NCBI GenBank assembly: GCA_050273025.1
Contig: CP158635.1
Coordinates: forward strand, 26,040,001 to 26,104,000
Length of the DNA stretch: 64,000 nucleotides
Source of the DNA: Cenococcum geophilum
Lineage: Eukaryota
Reading direction: 5' to 3'
The position numbers were made by a program, and so were the translations under genes. Shown here piece by piece: positions 1 to 14,400 of this stretch (the stretch's first letter is position 1; each line of letters starts with the position of its first letter). The notes under the pieces are model-generated. The model made no database searches. It saw only the letters and a program-made list of their open reading frames with translations, and was not told the origin of the DNA.

Positions 1-1347
1 TAATTAGTAAAGCTTTATTATAAGCCTCTTATAGAACATTAGATTAGTTATAGATGTTATAAAAGATAGTAAGTTTATAATTAAAGCTGCTATTTATACT
101 ATTATATTTAAGTTCCTCTATATATATTTTTGCTATATTAGAAATCTCTTTGCCCTATTCTAGTATAGTTGGCATCTATAGAAGGGGAGTAGTTTAGGGT
201 CGTAGGGTTACGTATAGTGAAGGTCCTACTAGTGTTCCTTTAAATAGTGGTGGGGTTATAGTCTGGACACTTAATAGTTGTTATAGTTAAAATAGGGTTA
301 TGCGAACTATTAGGTCTTATAATACTTTATAGTTAAGACCGCGCTTAAGTATATTATTTATTTTATTTAACTAAAACCCGTTTCTATCTAGCTTATTATA
401 TACCTCGTCTAAGTTCTCTTAAGTCTAGGAATATTAGCATTCTTCCTAGGTTAATTTAAACAAGAGTTGCGTATATATTATACGTTTCTCCTTTATGCGT
501 ATATATACTCCTTTATATTATAGGAAGGTATATATGCTTTAAAGGTGCTATATATTTACTTTTAAAAATATATTAATACTAAATGTTTTAAAATTGTCTT
601 AGAAGGAGGACTAAAGTTTATTATCCATTAACTTGTACTTATTATATTCCTATAACTTAAATAGTGTAAAGTCTGTAAGGTCTTTGCTAGTTGCTATTTA
701 TATATTAATCCCGTTCCTCTATCGTTCTATTTTTACCTTCTAGTCTATAGGTATAGCCATCTTAAAAGAAATAAGGGAGATGCGTAGAATAGTTTAGGAG
801 ACAGTTTAAGTGGTCGTTTAAGGGACAGTTTAAGTAGTAGTTAGGGTAGTTATATTCTTAGTATGGTCGCGTTCTTAACGTAGTTACGTTAATTACTAGT
901 ATAGTGGTCTATCTCTAGTTAAGGTGGAGCGTTAGACGTCTTCTAAATCTAGGGTAGATTTAAGGTATTTCCGAGTAAGGTAGAGCGTTAGATGTTTTCT
1001 AAATCTAGAGTACTTTAATTCTCTTTAACTAAAATAGGGCCTTTATAAGGTGGAGCGTAAACGTTTTTTTAAGTAAGTGCGTATCTCTTAATCTGTACGC
1101 GCTTACTAATTAGTGTTAGTATGACTTTTATAATATGCAGAATATATATATTATAATGATATGTACTATACGGTGTTATAGATAGATGATTAATTCTCTA
1201 AAATCTACGTGTCGCGAGAGGTAAGGCTTGTCGCGTGTTCTCCTGTAACCTCTGTTAACTAATTACGATTTTCTATGCCCGGTATAGAAAATCGCCATTG
1301 GCTCGCTTACTACTAGCGCCTTAGCCGCCCTTATGATATGTCTAACA
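1..1347 (-). mobile_element. 5' end of a RIP-degraded Ty1/Copia-like LTR retrotransposon (5' LTR 1114-1347; gag-like ORF from ATG at ~761 running off the left edge)
   Basis: LTR bounded by TGTTAG(1114)...CTAACA(1347). The minus-strand ORF, with RIP reversed, reads MAIPIDWKVKIERW...GKEISNIAKIYTEELKY...FDYKLTIFHDICNRSDVPQEAYDKAL, resembling fungal Copia gag. RT/IN lie outside the window, so the superfamily is inferred. Confidence 0.65.
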
Positions 1348-4122
1348 CTTCTAGCTATAATAAGCTTATTTACTATTACTAAAATTATATTATAATCTTA
1401 TCTAGTAATAGGGTCTTTTAACTTTAGTAACTTAATAATAAAGTCCTATAATATAACCTCCTATAGTCTCTCTAGTATTTTAATAGGTTATAGCCCTCCG
1501 TATAGCTTATGCCTTATTAGTTTATTTCTTTAATAATTTAGATATTCCTTTATAACTTTTTATACTAAGCCTTAGATTCTATTAATAATATACTCCTCTT
1601 AGAGTCTTAACACTAAGCCCATAGCTCTATTATGTCCTTAAGTTATTCCCTTATAGAAATCTTCCATAAAATACTCTACTATGCTTCTTAGGATATACTT
1701 TACTTCTTAATTTTTGTATATATCCGTCTATAAATCTTCTAGCTATATTTCTAGAATTCTTTACGCTTAAAAGCTTTCTAGTGTCTTATAGACTTTTTTT
1801 ATTTCTTTTTAAGTTACTATAATTTTCGGATAATTATACCTAATTAATCCGTCTATATCTTTTTGTAGTAAAGTCCCTAATAGCTTTTCCTTATTCTATA
1901 ATTTAGCTTTTTAACTTAGAGCGTCTACTTATATATTATCTATACCCTTAGTATACTAAATCTTAAAATAGTATTTTATAAGCATCTCTGCCTATTTAAC
2001 CTATCTTTAGTTAAGTTCCTTTATTATTAGGAATCCCGTTAAGTTCTTATAATCCATCTTAACTATAAATAGTTTCTCTATACCTTATAAGAATACTCTT
2101 TATTCCTTTAATACTATAACTATACCTAATAACTCCTTATTATAGATATTATAGTTTAACTCTAGTGGCGTTATCTTCCAACTATAGTATACTACTAGGT
2201 GCTATTTATTTTAATATTTCTATATAAAGTATACCCTTAATATAAAGTCTAATATATCTGTTTCTATAACTATCTCTAATCCTAGTTAGTAGATCTTAAG
2301 AACTAGCTCTTAGGTAAACAATTCTTTAACTCTCTTAAATAGTTCTTATTATTCCTCTCTCTATACCTATAGTTCTTCTTTCTTTATTAATTACGTAAAT
2401 AGCTTAATATCCTTTAACTATTGCGCTATAAACCTTCTATAGTAATTGCAAAACCCTAGGAATAATCTTAACTGCGTAACATTTTCTAGTTCTTGCCAAT
2501 TTACTATAGCCTTAATCTTCTTTAGATCTATACTAAGTTAGCCTAGTTTAATAATAAATTTAATAAAATTAGTCTTCCTTATAAAGAACTCGTATTTCTT
2601 AATTGCTACTAGCATCTGTTCTTCTTATAGTCTCTTTAAAACCCATTTAACGTATTCTCCGTGTTCTTCCTTAGTTATTAAGTAGATAATAATGTTATTA
2701 AGGTATACTATAACAAATTTATCTAAGTGCTCTCCTAATATATTATTAATACGCTTTTAGAACGTTACTAGTACGTTTATAAGCCTAAATTATATAACTA
2801 ATGGTTTATATAGTCCTTCCTTTAACCTAAAGGCTGCCTTCTATTTATTGCCTTCCTTAATCCTAATCTAATAGTATACCTATCTTAGATCTATCTTTAT
2901 AAAGATTTATATATTACCTATCCTATCTTAGATTTCGCTAATTAAGGGTAAAGAATACCTATCCTTTCTAGTAATGCTGTTTAACTATCTATAGTTAATA
3001 TATAATCTAAGCTTTCTATTCTTCTTTAGTATAAATAGTACTAGATAACCTACTAATAACTATAATAGTTTAATATATCCCTTTCGTAAATTTTCTTAAA
3101 TAAACTCTTTTAGTGCTTTACCTTCTTCTTTAGTAAGCTTATAGGTTAAAAAGAACCTTAGACTTATTTCTAGTTCTAACTCTATTTTATAGTCCTATGC
3201 TATATAATCTACTAGCTTTTTACTTTTTAGTAACTATAGTTTCTTACTATACTTATAGTATCTTTTCGGTATATAACTTAAGCCTTACTTAGTCTCTTTA
3301 TATATCGCTCTAACTTAGTACTATACTAACTTAGTTTACTATTATATCTTACAGCGTTAAGTATCTCTAATATCGACCTAACCTATAATCCAATTAATCT
3401 TTAGATTATATTCCTATAACTAAGGTATTCCTAATACTACCTTATCCTATCCTAATAGTAGGATATTAAAAGATATTTTAATTTATCTTCCTTTAATAGT
3501 TATCTAAATAGGTCCTATTTTAAGGTTAATGATCCCTCCTCTATAGGCTATTAAATCTCCTAAAATTGTAACTAATAGGTAAGGTTACTCCTTCTGTCTA
3601 TAAGGTAAAACTATTCTTTTAACTATTACTAATAAAATATAGTTTCGCGTTACTCTACTATCTATTAGCGCTTTAAACTGCTAATCTTACTATTTAACTT
3701 ATAAATTTAGGTATTGTCCTTAAATTCCTTTAAGGGTCTAAGGCTCTACTACTGGCTCCCTTTAGTCCTATAGGCCTCTACTTTTCCTAACTATTAGCTA
3801 CTTAATCCTATTATACTTAGCTTACTCTTTAGCTAATACCTAGTTTACTTTTTATCTTTAATATGCTATAGACACGTATTTTCTAGGTATTTCTACTACT
3901 ATTATCCGTCTAAGTATTTTTCTATAAGGAATCTTCCTAGTTAAAGTATTAAATTTCCTTCCTCTTAGACTTCTGCTGGATGCTATCCGTATATATATTT
4001 AGCATTTTTATACTATTACTTTTCTATTATCTAGTATATCCTTATAGGGTATTTCCAATTCCTTTCCTTTAGATTTTTATATATTTTATATATATTATCT
4101 ACATATATAATTTATAATAGCG

Positions 4123-7100
4123 GAATATCTCTAAACCATAATTATATTTACCTAAGAAAGGAGCTCTTGCTGCACCCGGCCCAAAAAGACTAAAACCAAC
4201 TAAAAGAACCCTAAAAAACACCCAGAGAATCCCCCTAAGATGCATGCATCGCAGGGAAGGCACACGTTGAACAACGGTGGCTCGCACTTGCGCGCGACCG
4301 CTAGAACTACGCCCAGCAATGGCCCTCTATAATAAAGACGGGCGAATACTACACCATAAAGCGGAAATACCTCTATTAAGAAGGCATCTGACAAAATACA
4401 AAGCCTATTAGACGCGTCTAGTATCTAAAATTGCGGGGGAGTAACCGTTAGCTATAATGAACTAATACAGCTAGCAGAATGGCTCCGCTAGTTTAGCGAA
4501 CCTTAGGCGCCCCTCTAGCAAACCCTTAATTAAATCCTCCAACGGCTAAGCAAAATTAAAAATAAGTATAACTCCCCCTTACTAGCGAACCGTACCTAGG
4601 CCGCCGTAGCTGCGCTTTTACAGCATAGGGAACCCACCCCCCTTAAGTTAATAACCGGGTATATAATTATAATACGACTAAATACAAAATAAGCAGAGGG
4701 GCTTAGGGGATAATTAGAAATAGAAGTCCTTATAGAGATACGTAAAGAGGTCTATAACGCTATTATAGTCTAATACCTTAAGAGCGGAGATATTAGAGTC
4801 ACCCTAAAGGACTAATAGGTAAAGGAACGAGCCGTAAGGGCAGGGGATAAGCTAGAAGAACGTATTAGCATAAAAGTACTCCGCGAGGATTACCTAGTCG
4901 AAGTCCTAGCGGTTTCTATAAGCCTTAGGGTAAAAAAGGGACGCTAGGCGGACAATATAGCAATTATATAGGAGATAGTAAGATAAACGGAACGCCTTAT
5001 ACTAGGACTTAAAATCACCCGAATCTAATAGCTTTGATAGGAAAATATAAACTAAGCATATAACGAGAATAATAAGAGGACATGAGGGTCGCTAGAGACT
5101 CGCTAGGGAGACGCTAGACGAACGCATAGCTCCCTTATTATTAGTACATATACACTAAAAATGCAAAAACTCCTTATCTAAAAAGGAATAATTATAAATG
5201 GCCTTATATACAATATAAGGCTCTATAACTACAGACTACGCCTAGAACAATGCTATTGCTATATATAATGGGGACACACCTAATCTATATACGCAGCACA
5301 GGTGTGCTACGGCCACTGTGCAGGCCCCTATAATACGAGATATTACTTAAATTAAGACCAAACAAAATGCGCGAACTGCTACTAAAGTATATATAAGGCG
5401 TAGGAGAGAGAAGACTGCATTAAATATAGGAGACGGAAGGCAAGGGCTTAACAGCTGCGGGAATAACTGCACGCTAAGTCATATAAATAAAAACAATAGG
5501 CGATAAGCTAGGGGGACGCAGGCGCCTTTCTAGCGTTTCCTACCTTTAATACTAGAGGGCTAGGCTAGCCATCCCAAGCCTTAACGGGCTAAAAGTGACG
5601 CCGTACGACATCACCAGACCAATTAGGGACATAAAGGTCACAGGGGATATAAGGGAGAGGACGCCCTATAGGAAGACCCCTATGGACAGCGATAGTAGGC
5701 TTAAGACTAGAACAATTAAGAATTAGACTTAATATGGTAAATATAACATTCGCAGCTAACCCATAAAGGGTATATAGCTGACCAGTAAGAATAGGGGAAG
5801 AACCGGTAATAATAATAGATTTAGATATAGAAGCGCTAATAGGAACACAAGACACGGGAATAGAAAGCTCTATATAAAATAAGTAGTAACTAAGGTATAG
5901 ACATAAGAGACAGAAGCTCTAAATATCCTAGAGAAAGTAAAAATAGAAGAAGCGAGAAATAAAGAAGAGTTGAAGGACCCTCGCCAGGGGTCTGCTACCT
6001 ATCTATTATATAGTATAACTGCGGTAACACAAACTACTGCCTTGTAAGGCCCCTACTAGATAGTCTAGACCTAGAGAAATACTATATCCTTACTATATAA
6101 GAACCGTATTATAATACCTTTATATAATTAACATACTGCCCCTGAGGATTCTAGCTCTTATATAAACCAAAAGCAGCCATATATATGTGCTTTATAATTA
6201 GCAAGGCTATTAGCCTGTTCTTATAGTTATAGCAGGCAGTTAACCCAGATATTGTAGTTATAATAATCTAAACATATAGGGGACCGGTACAAATTATTAA
6301 TGTATATAACCCTAGGGTTAAAGGGGTCCCATAAATAGAGAATATTATATTAGTAATAAGCTTACTAGAAACTAAAGGTATAGAGTTTATCCTACTAGGA
6401 GATATAAACCTCTACTACCCGCGGTAGGGGGGTATCTATATTGCTGTAGATTAACAGTTAAAGTGCCTACTAAGAGCTATAGATATCTGGGGCCTTAAGC
6501 TAGCCACCCTCCTAGAAGCAATTATATAGCAATAAGGCACCGCCAGAAGTATAATTGACCTTACATTTATAGACAAAGGCCTATACTAAAGACTCGAAAG
6601 GTACAACCCCAAAAAAGAATAGGCACTTACCCTAGACTATATCCCTATTTAGATATAGCTAGACCTAGATACTAAAGCGCAACTAAATAGAAAAAGATAC
6701 GTAATAAGGAAGCTTAAGACAGACAGTTTTCTTAATGTAGTTAAATAACAACTCTAAAACCTAGAAGAAATCCACCTAATACCAAACAAGCGAGGCTTAT
6801 TGGCTACCCCTAAGGAAATTAACTAAAGACTAGAAAGGATCTAGGCAGCAATTAAAAATAGGCTAAAAGAGCACTGCCCGATCTTAAAACTGGGCCCCTA
6901 TACGTAATATATATGGTCTATATAATGCGTAGTTCTAATTACCAGCTAATGACGAGCAAGAAGGAAATATATAAGTAGCTATAACCCTAAAGATAAGAGA
7001 TAATATAAAGACATAAGAAACCAGCTAAAGAATACCCTAAAAAAAGAAGTAAGGAATAACTAGAGACGGTTTATAAACAAGCATACTTCTAACCCGAGCC

Positions 7101-9708
7101 TCCCCTATAATAAGGGCCTTTGGGCTATAGTAAAATAGGCAAAGAAAAAGGCAGGGCGCCTAGCAAAAGACCTACACCTACCACCCCTATAAAGAGTAGG
7201 AGAATTATAGGCTATAAATGACAATAATAAGAAGGTAAAGATCCTTATAGAAAGGTTCTTCCCCTAACTAGCTCTAGTAGACCTTAGTAATATTACAGGC
7301 GAAACACTAGTGACTCGCCTGCGGGTTAATAGCGACATAATAATAGAGGAAATGGCTAAAACTATTAGCCGCCTTTTAAACAATATAGCACTAGGACCAG
7401 ATGGGATTCTAAATAAGGCCCTAAAAACCTGTAGGCCATTTATAGCACCTTAGCTTATAGATATAGCCAGAGCATACTTTACTATAGGCTACTACCTATA
7501 ACTTGGAAGATCTATAACGACGGTTATCCTATAAAAAGAAGGCAAAGCAGATTACTTAATCCTAGGAAGCTACCGCCCTATTGCCTTAGAAAACACCCTT
7601 AGTAAGATCTTAGAAAGGGTAATAGCGGAACGCATAGCAGACATAGTAGAGGAATATACCCTACTACTATAAAGCTAAATAGGGGCAAGAAAGAACCGCT
7701 TAATACTATTAGCACTTACGCTACTCACTACCACCATTAAATCTGCATAGGCGATACGAAAGGACTTTATAGTATTAATGCTTAGCCTAGATATTAGTGG
7801 TGCCTACAATAATATACCCCATAAGCGTCTCCTGTATATCCTTAGGGCAAAGGGCTTCCTAGAATAGATTATATAATTTGTCTAAGGGTTTATAGGCCAG
7901 AAAGAAATATTACTAGTCTTTAGTAGATACCAGAGCCCCCCTATTATAGTTATAACAGGAATACTATAAGGATTACCCCTCTCGCCTATACTTTTCCTTT
8001 TCTTTATAAGCAACCTACTTAACTCCTTTAAGGAAAGGGCGACCTAGGGGATAGGCTTTATTAACGATATAAACCTAATTATATATGGGCTAACAGCCGC
8101 AGAGAATTACAGAATACTAGAGAAAGCCTATAATACTTATATAAAATGGGCAAAACGTTATAGAGTCCAATTTTTACCAGAGAAATACTAGCTAATCCAT
8201 TTTATAAGAAAACGCAACTAATCTGTAGATCTCCAGCATATAATTTGCATTTAAGGCTTTAGGGGTTAACCAGTTTAGGGCCTAAGGGTATTAGGAGTAT
8301 AGGTAGACAGCAAGCTCTAGTAGAGCGCATATACAGCGTAAGCGGCCCGTAAAGGCTAAGCATAGTTCATCGCTTTATCTAGGATTATTAATTCCACATA
8401 GGGTCTATACTTCTAGAGGTCACGCCTACTATATATAGCAGTTATCCAGCTAACCATAATATATAGATCTAGTATTTGGGCTATTAGAGAAACTAAGAAA
8501 GGCCCCCCTAAATTACTCCTTAAACTACTTTAAAAGGTCTAGATAGCCTACCTTTAGAGTATTATAGGTGGGTATAAGTAAACGGCCACAGTACTGCTTA
8601 AGAAGGAATCTAATATTCCCCCCCTATAGTTATATATCAAAGCCGCTGCAATATAAAGGACGCAAAATAAACGCAACTCTAATATTATAAAGTATATTAA
8701 GACACGCCTAAGTAAACTATAGAGGGACCCTAGGGTGCCCTATAGGAGAATAAACCAATAACCCTAAAGTAGGGAAGAGATATTAGAGAAACAGATAAAG
8801 AAAGTAGAAGAAGAATGGTGCCGCTTTAGGGCCTAGGCCTATATAGAGGAGGAAGGGAGATACGTAAGAGGTTAGTAAAGATAGTAAGATAGAGAAAGGA
8901 GCTAAAGTAGAACACGTAAGAACGCTGGGAAACTATCTACCGCAATATAATACTGGTTGGACTAACGCTAGAGAGGTAAATGGGAGTTAAAGGTATAGAG
9001 GCTAACTTAGGCAAGATAAACCCAAGCTATAGTATAGTTAACGCTATAGGGGGTAAATACCTAAGGGCTCTAAGAAGGCCTAATAAAGGCAGAAAATATA
9101 ATAGCAATACTCTTAAGAACAGGAATAATAGGACTAAAAGATTGGCTTTACTGGGTGGGTATCCTAGTAGGTAGCCTAAGATGCGAATGTGGCTGGCTAA
9201 GACAGACACTAAAACATGTAATACTACTATGCCCCCTACGCACTAATTAAGAAATAATGCTCTTAGTAGCTGGTATAGAGAACTATAATACACTGCTCTT
9301 AATATAAAAAGGCCTTAAGGCGGTTACCTAGTGGCTTATTAGTTAAAATGTGCTAAATTAGTTCCGGGTTATAAGGGAAATAGTAATAAAAGGCAAGGGG
9401 GTAAGTAGTAGGTGCCCCCTAGTAACTCTATAGTAGTAGAGTAATAGTTTATAATACTAGCGCGTCCGTAGGCTTGTTACGGCAGCAGTGGTTCCTAAGG
9501 AGGTTAAACAGTAAGGTAGTAGAGCACTATAGGCGACTCGTAGGCGCTAAGTAGGCGAGTCCTAAAAGGCGGGGAGATAGATCATGGGGTTTTCTCATTT
9601 TTCTTAAATAGAGTTTTCTCCCCACATATAAATAAGGAGTAGTCCGCATAGGCCTAATAGGGATCCGAATCGGACGTTAAGTAATAAATTATTAATTAAT
9701 TAATTAAT
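4123..9708 (+). mobile_element. Full-length Tad1-like LINE (ORF1 with CCHC knuckles; ORF2 with APE endonuclease and RT), RIP-inactivated
   Basis: 15-bp TSD TAATTTATAATAGCG (4108-4122, 9709-9723). ORF1 knuckles at ~5250-5400. RT motifs recognisable after RIP reversal: PGPDGIPN (~7390), YRPIALENTLSKILE (~7570), LDISGAYD (~7790), QGSPLSPILF (~7965), FIDD (~8060). Simple-repeat 3' tail (TTAA)n. Confidence 0.92.
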
Positions 9709-11411
9709 TAATTTATAATAGCGTATAGTATACTAGGTGCTTTAAGTTAACTCTTAACTTATCTTTATTTTTAAGTTTAAACCTTTATCGTGCTAATCTA
9801 AACGTTATAACTTTATTTATAGGTACTAAGATGCGTCTCTTACTTCTTTAGTCCTTTAATTATTCCTTTAGATCCTTTAACGTTATAATTAAGGCTCCTT
9901 TAATATAACTTATAGCCTTTTCCGTAATTAGGTGGCCTTAGATAACTTTCTTATCTAACTATATATAGAAATCTTCCTACTTATTATTGTGTCGCTGCCT
10001 ATACCACTTTTAGTATAGCTATTAGAGTATATACGGCTTATCCGTAAGGAAGTATCTTCTTATTACTGCGTTATAATAGCCCTTTATATATCGTTCTTTA
10101 AACCTAGTAGAAATTCCTAAATCCTCTTTATTTTCCAGTTCGGTAAGCCACTTAGCTCTTAGTATGCCTATTTTTAGCCTATTAGTAATTCTTTATACTA
10201 GCGCTCTATCCCTTATACGTCCTAATATGCTAGATATCTTATCTAGTTTCTGTTCTTGCTATATAATAATTCTTTACCTAAATTCTTCTATAGTTTCCTT
10301 TGGTTTGCGTCTTATAGATAGATCCTTAAAGTCTTTATACTTCTTAATCTTAATCTTAGTATTAATATTTTAATCTTTAGGCCGAATACTGCGTTCTTTT
10401 AGTAAGTTTTTTAGGTTTATATATCTGTCTCCTAGTCTAACTGCTGTTTATATTGTAGATTCTCTAATTTATAAAGAAGCCTCTTGCCTCTTACTTATAG
10501 GTTCCCTTATTTATACCCCAAATCTTTAGTCTCTTAAATTCTTTAATCCTAAGCTTACTTCTGTCTTAAGCTTTGCTCCAGCCTTAGTCTAACTAGGCTT
10601 ACTTAGTGTTCTTATCTCGTCTTAAGAGTCTTAAATCTTACTTATCTTATCTTAAGAGTCTTATACCTTTAGGAAACTTTATCCTAAGCTTATTTATATA
10701 TTGCTAAACTAAGCCGCTACTCTACTCTATTAGTTATCGTCTATTATAAGTCCTTAAGCTTACCTTATCTCGTCTTAAGAATCTTAGTTATTTTATATCT
10801 TATCTTAAGAGTCTTAAGCTTTTGGCCTTTTACCTTTATTAAGTGCCGAAGTAGCTCACTATCCTACTTCTCTTACGTCTTATAAAGTAATAGACATCGT
10901 ATCTAGTGGGGTCTTAATCCCTACTAATATTCCCTATTCTATAATGGAATTATCCTCTACCTCTTATATAATATCTCTAATAGCTACGCGTTCCTAGTAA
11001 ACCGCCTCTATTACCTTATTGTTACGAAATATTTCGCCTATATTAAATTTATTGTCTTTAATATCCGATCTACAAACTAGTTTATTAGTTCCTTTATATT
11101 TTACTAAATATAGCTCTTATAGCTAATAGCTTACGCCGTACTTAGCGTTCTTATAAATTCGGTATATATTATTATAATAAAACGCAAAACTTTTAATTAA
11201 ATATTCTTTTGTTCCTTATAGTATTTATTATCCCTCTATACGTATATATCGTCTACTAGTCTTATCCCTTTTACTATATAGTAACTCTACCTACTTCTAT
11301 AGTCTCTAATATAATAACCCTATTTTCCGCAATTTATATAAGCCCCTTTTTTAAACTATTTTTCTTGCTATAGAGTCCGCCTAAACGTCTTTTGCTATTA
11401 AGATCCCTAAT

Positions 11412-14400
11412 TATCACGAAATGCGGGTAATAGCTATAAAGCGTATGTATTCGGGGAGTCTACAAGACGTTGCGCGATCGATCGTAAGGGTCGAGGGCGT
11501 AAGGAGGTGATATACCCTCGCGTAGCTGATATAAGCTGTACGCGAGGTGTACGCAAGCGCACGGGGTTCTCCTATAGAGGCCCCTGCGGTCGGGTTCCGT
11601 AACACTACTCCCCCTCCTATTAAGGCGGAGCTCCGGCGACGCTGTGGTTGCTATATATATATAGGGGGAAATGCTTAGGGTATCTAGAAGAAGGAATATC
11701 GTTATAGGTGTAATGGGCTTATATAGGTGCTTCTGACTTAAAGCTTATAGGCTGTTAGGGACTTAGTAAGGTGTAAGGGTATCGCTAAGGCGCTAGTAGT
11801 AAGCGAGCTAATAGCGATTTTCTATTCCGGGGATAGAAAATCCTAATTAGTTAGCTTCTCCTTAGCGTCTAAAATCTAACTAATTAGACAACTTTGACCG
11901 GCGGTTAAAGTTCCTTAATATCTTATTGGAGTAGTTACGTGACGGTAATATATAACGATTTAGCTGTAACGGCTCCTATAGGGGATTAGGTACGAAATCT
12001 CTGCTTAGGCCTAGTTTCTGTAGGTTTATATAGTGGAAATCGCTAATTAGATCTTTTACGTTTTCAAAATCTTCCTATAGTTGCTATTTTGGCTAATCTA
12101 TGTTAAATCCTATATAGGTAGCTTTATAGTAGAGCCGCCGTCCTCTACCTTTACTAAAGTATTTAGAGTTAATAATTCATTTAACAGTCTACTCCTTATA
12201 GTTTTCGTTTTTGTTCTTATCTTAGATTAGTACTAGTAGGGGTTTAGGCTATATTTGTCCTAGTAGAGGGTTAGGCTAATAAAGGTATAGTAGCTATAGG
12301 TGAAATACGGGCTATATCCCACGGGTAGCTAAGGTAGGCGGGAGCTCTAGTTCATATACAGCTCCTCTATTAATAACTCGTTTAATCTAGTAGGGGCTAA
12401 GGTTCTTATAATTAAGTAACTTTATAGGTCTTTGTATAGAGATATTGCGTATATCTAACTATACCTAGTTGCCAACGCGTATCTTAGGTAGTGGTGTTCT
12501 ATAGCGATTAGTAAAGTAAGCTTATTTCGCTTAAGCCTAGGCCATCTCTCCTTTGTAGTAGTTAAGTAGGTCTTTTATACAGTCTATATATTAATCGGCA
12601 AGTAGTATTTTAAGGCGTTTTCTATATAGCAGTTTCTTATTAATAGGCTCTGGTAGCTCTATACCGGATTATAGGTAATATCCTTTATTCGCGAAGAACG
12701 GGGTAAGTCCTATAGTGGCTAAGATATAATTATTTACTGCGAATTTACCTAGCGGAAGGTGGTTTACCCAGTTGTTTTAACTATAGGCGACTACCTGTCG
12801 TAAGTACGCCTTTATACTAGCGTTAGCGTTTTCCGGTTATTCTATAGTTTTATAGTAAAAGAATATAGACATCTTAACGGAGATACTAAGGCGTTGGCAG
12901 ATCCGCCTCTATATATTAGAGTTAAATTATATACCTTAGTTAGACGTAATAGAGTCGGGTAACCTATATAGTCGGTAGACTTCGCGAAGGAAGGCGTCGG
13001 CAACGTCGCTTACGGCTACGCCTTTAGTTAGGACGTAGTGGCGTTCTTTTATAAGTCGGTATATTATTATAAGGATATTCTTATAGGTTTGGCCATGCCG
13101 TTTACAAGGTGGTAGGTTAATAACGAAATCTATAGCAATATCTGCCCATCATTGTATAGGTACTGGTAGAGGGTATAGCAGTCCTTAGTACTTTATATGA
13201 AATACTTTAGCATATTTATAGCTGTGGCAGGCGCTTACAAAGCGTTTAACTAAGTTTATTATTTTAGGCCAGAAGTAGTATTAGCTAAGAAGCTTATAGG
13301 TTCCTTTTTTACCTAAGTAGCCGCTTAATTAGAGGTTGTGGGCTATTTAAATTAGTTGCCGTTATAGGTCTTCTAAGTTAGGGATAAATAGACAGCCTCT
13401 ATAATAGAGCCTATTCTCTTTTACTTTTAAGGCTACTATATTAATCTAGCCTAAGCTTTAGAGGTTAGTAGGTAGTATATAGGTGCCGGCAATCTTTACG
13501 GTAATTAGTTAATATAGTAATAGGTTAATAGGGGTGTTATATACTACGGTAATAAGTTTATTAATTTTAGGGGGTAACTTTAGTTCTATGGTATAAAGCT
13601 AAGGGGTAGTTAGTTCTGTCTTAGGTAGTATACCTAGGGCTAAGTTTCGTGCTTTTAGGATTGTTTGTTGTTGGAATTAATTATAAGGGTTATCTTTTAA
13701 CTAAGGAAGGTCTTGCGAACGGCGTATTAGGCTATTAGGCTTAGTACCTTATACTCCTAGCCTATATGCAATTTTAAAGTTAAAACTAGAGAGGAACTCG
13801 TTCTAACGTGCTTAGCGTTGGTTTAGTTATTTCGTAGTTATAAAGTACTTAAGGTTACGATAATCCGTAAGGACCTTAGTTAGCTAGTTAAGTTCTGCTA
13901 AGGAGAGTTCTGGTTAGAATTCCTTAAACGCTTATATAATTGCGAGGAGTTCCTTATTATAGATCTTGTAGTTATATTCTTATAGTATAAGCTTAGATAA
14001 GTAGAATATAACTAGGTGGAGGAGACCGTTATCGCCCATCTAGGAGAGAACGCCCGCGTTAATATGGTCTAAGAAGTCAGCCTTAAAACAGAGCTATCGT
14101 CCTAGTATGAAGTGAGCTAGGATAGGTGCTTTAGTAAATGTATCTTTTAAGTCTTGGAACGCCTTTTTATATTTAGGCGTCTAGATAAAACGTAGATATA
14201 TTTTCCTTCCTTTTATAGAAAAGCCCTTTATTCGCATTATTACTATAAGTGGTGCTATAACACCTAAGAAGTTATATATAAATTTCCGATAGAAGTTAGC
14301 GAAACTAAGGAAGGCTTATACGTCCTTAATGCAGGTAGGGGTTTGCTATCCAGTAATTATATATACTTTTTTAGGGTCTATATAGATACCCTTAGTAGTA

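Noticed and set aside
1348..1359. 12 bp (CTTCTAGCTATA) between the Copia LTR and element A that match neither
   Set aside because: Could be the tip of another LTR or a deletion junction; too short to assign without the upstream window.
4123..4240. HDV-like ribozyme at the 5' end of the full-length LINE
   Set aside because: I could not build P1/P3/P2 pairings even allowing RIP reversal, so this LINE is probably not the direct parent of the retroposon head.
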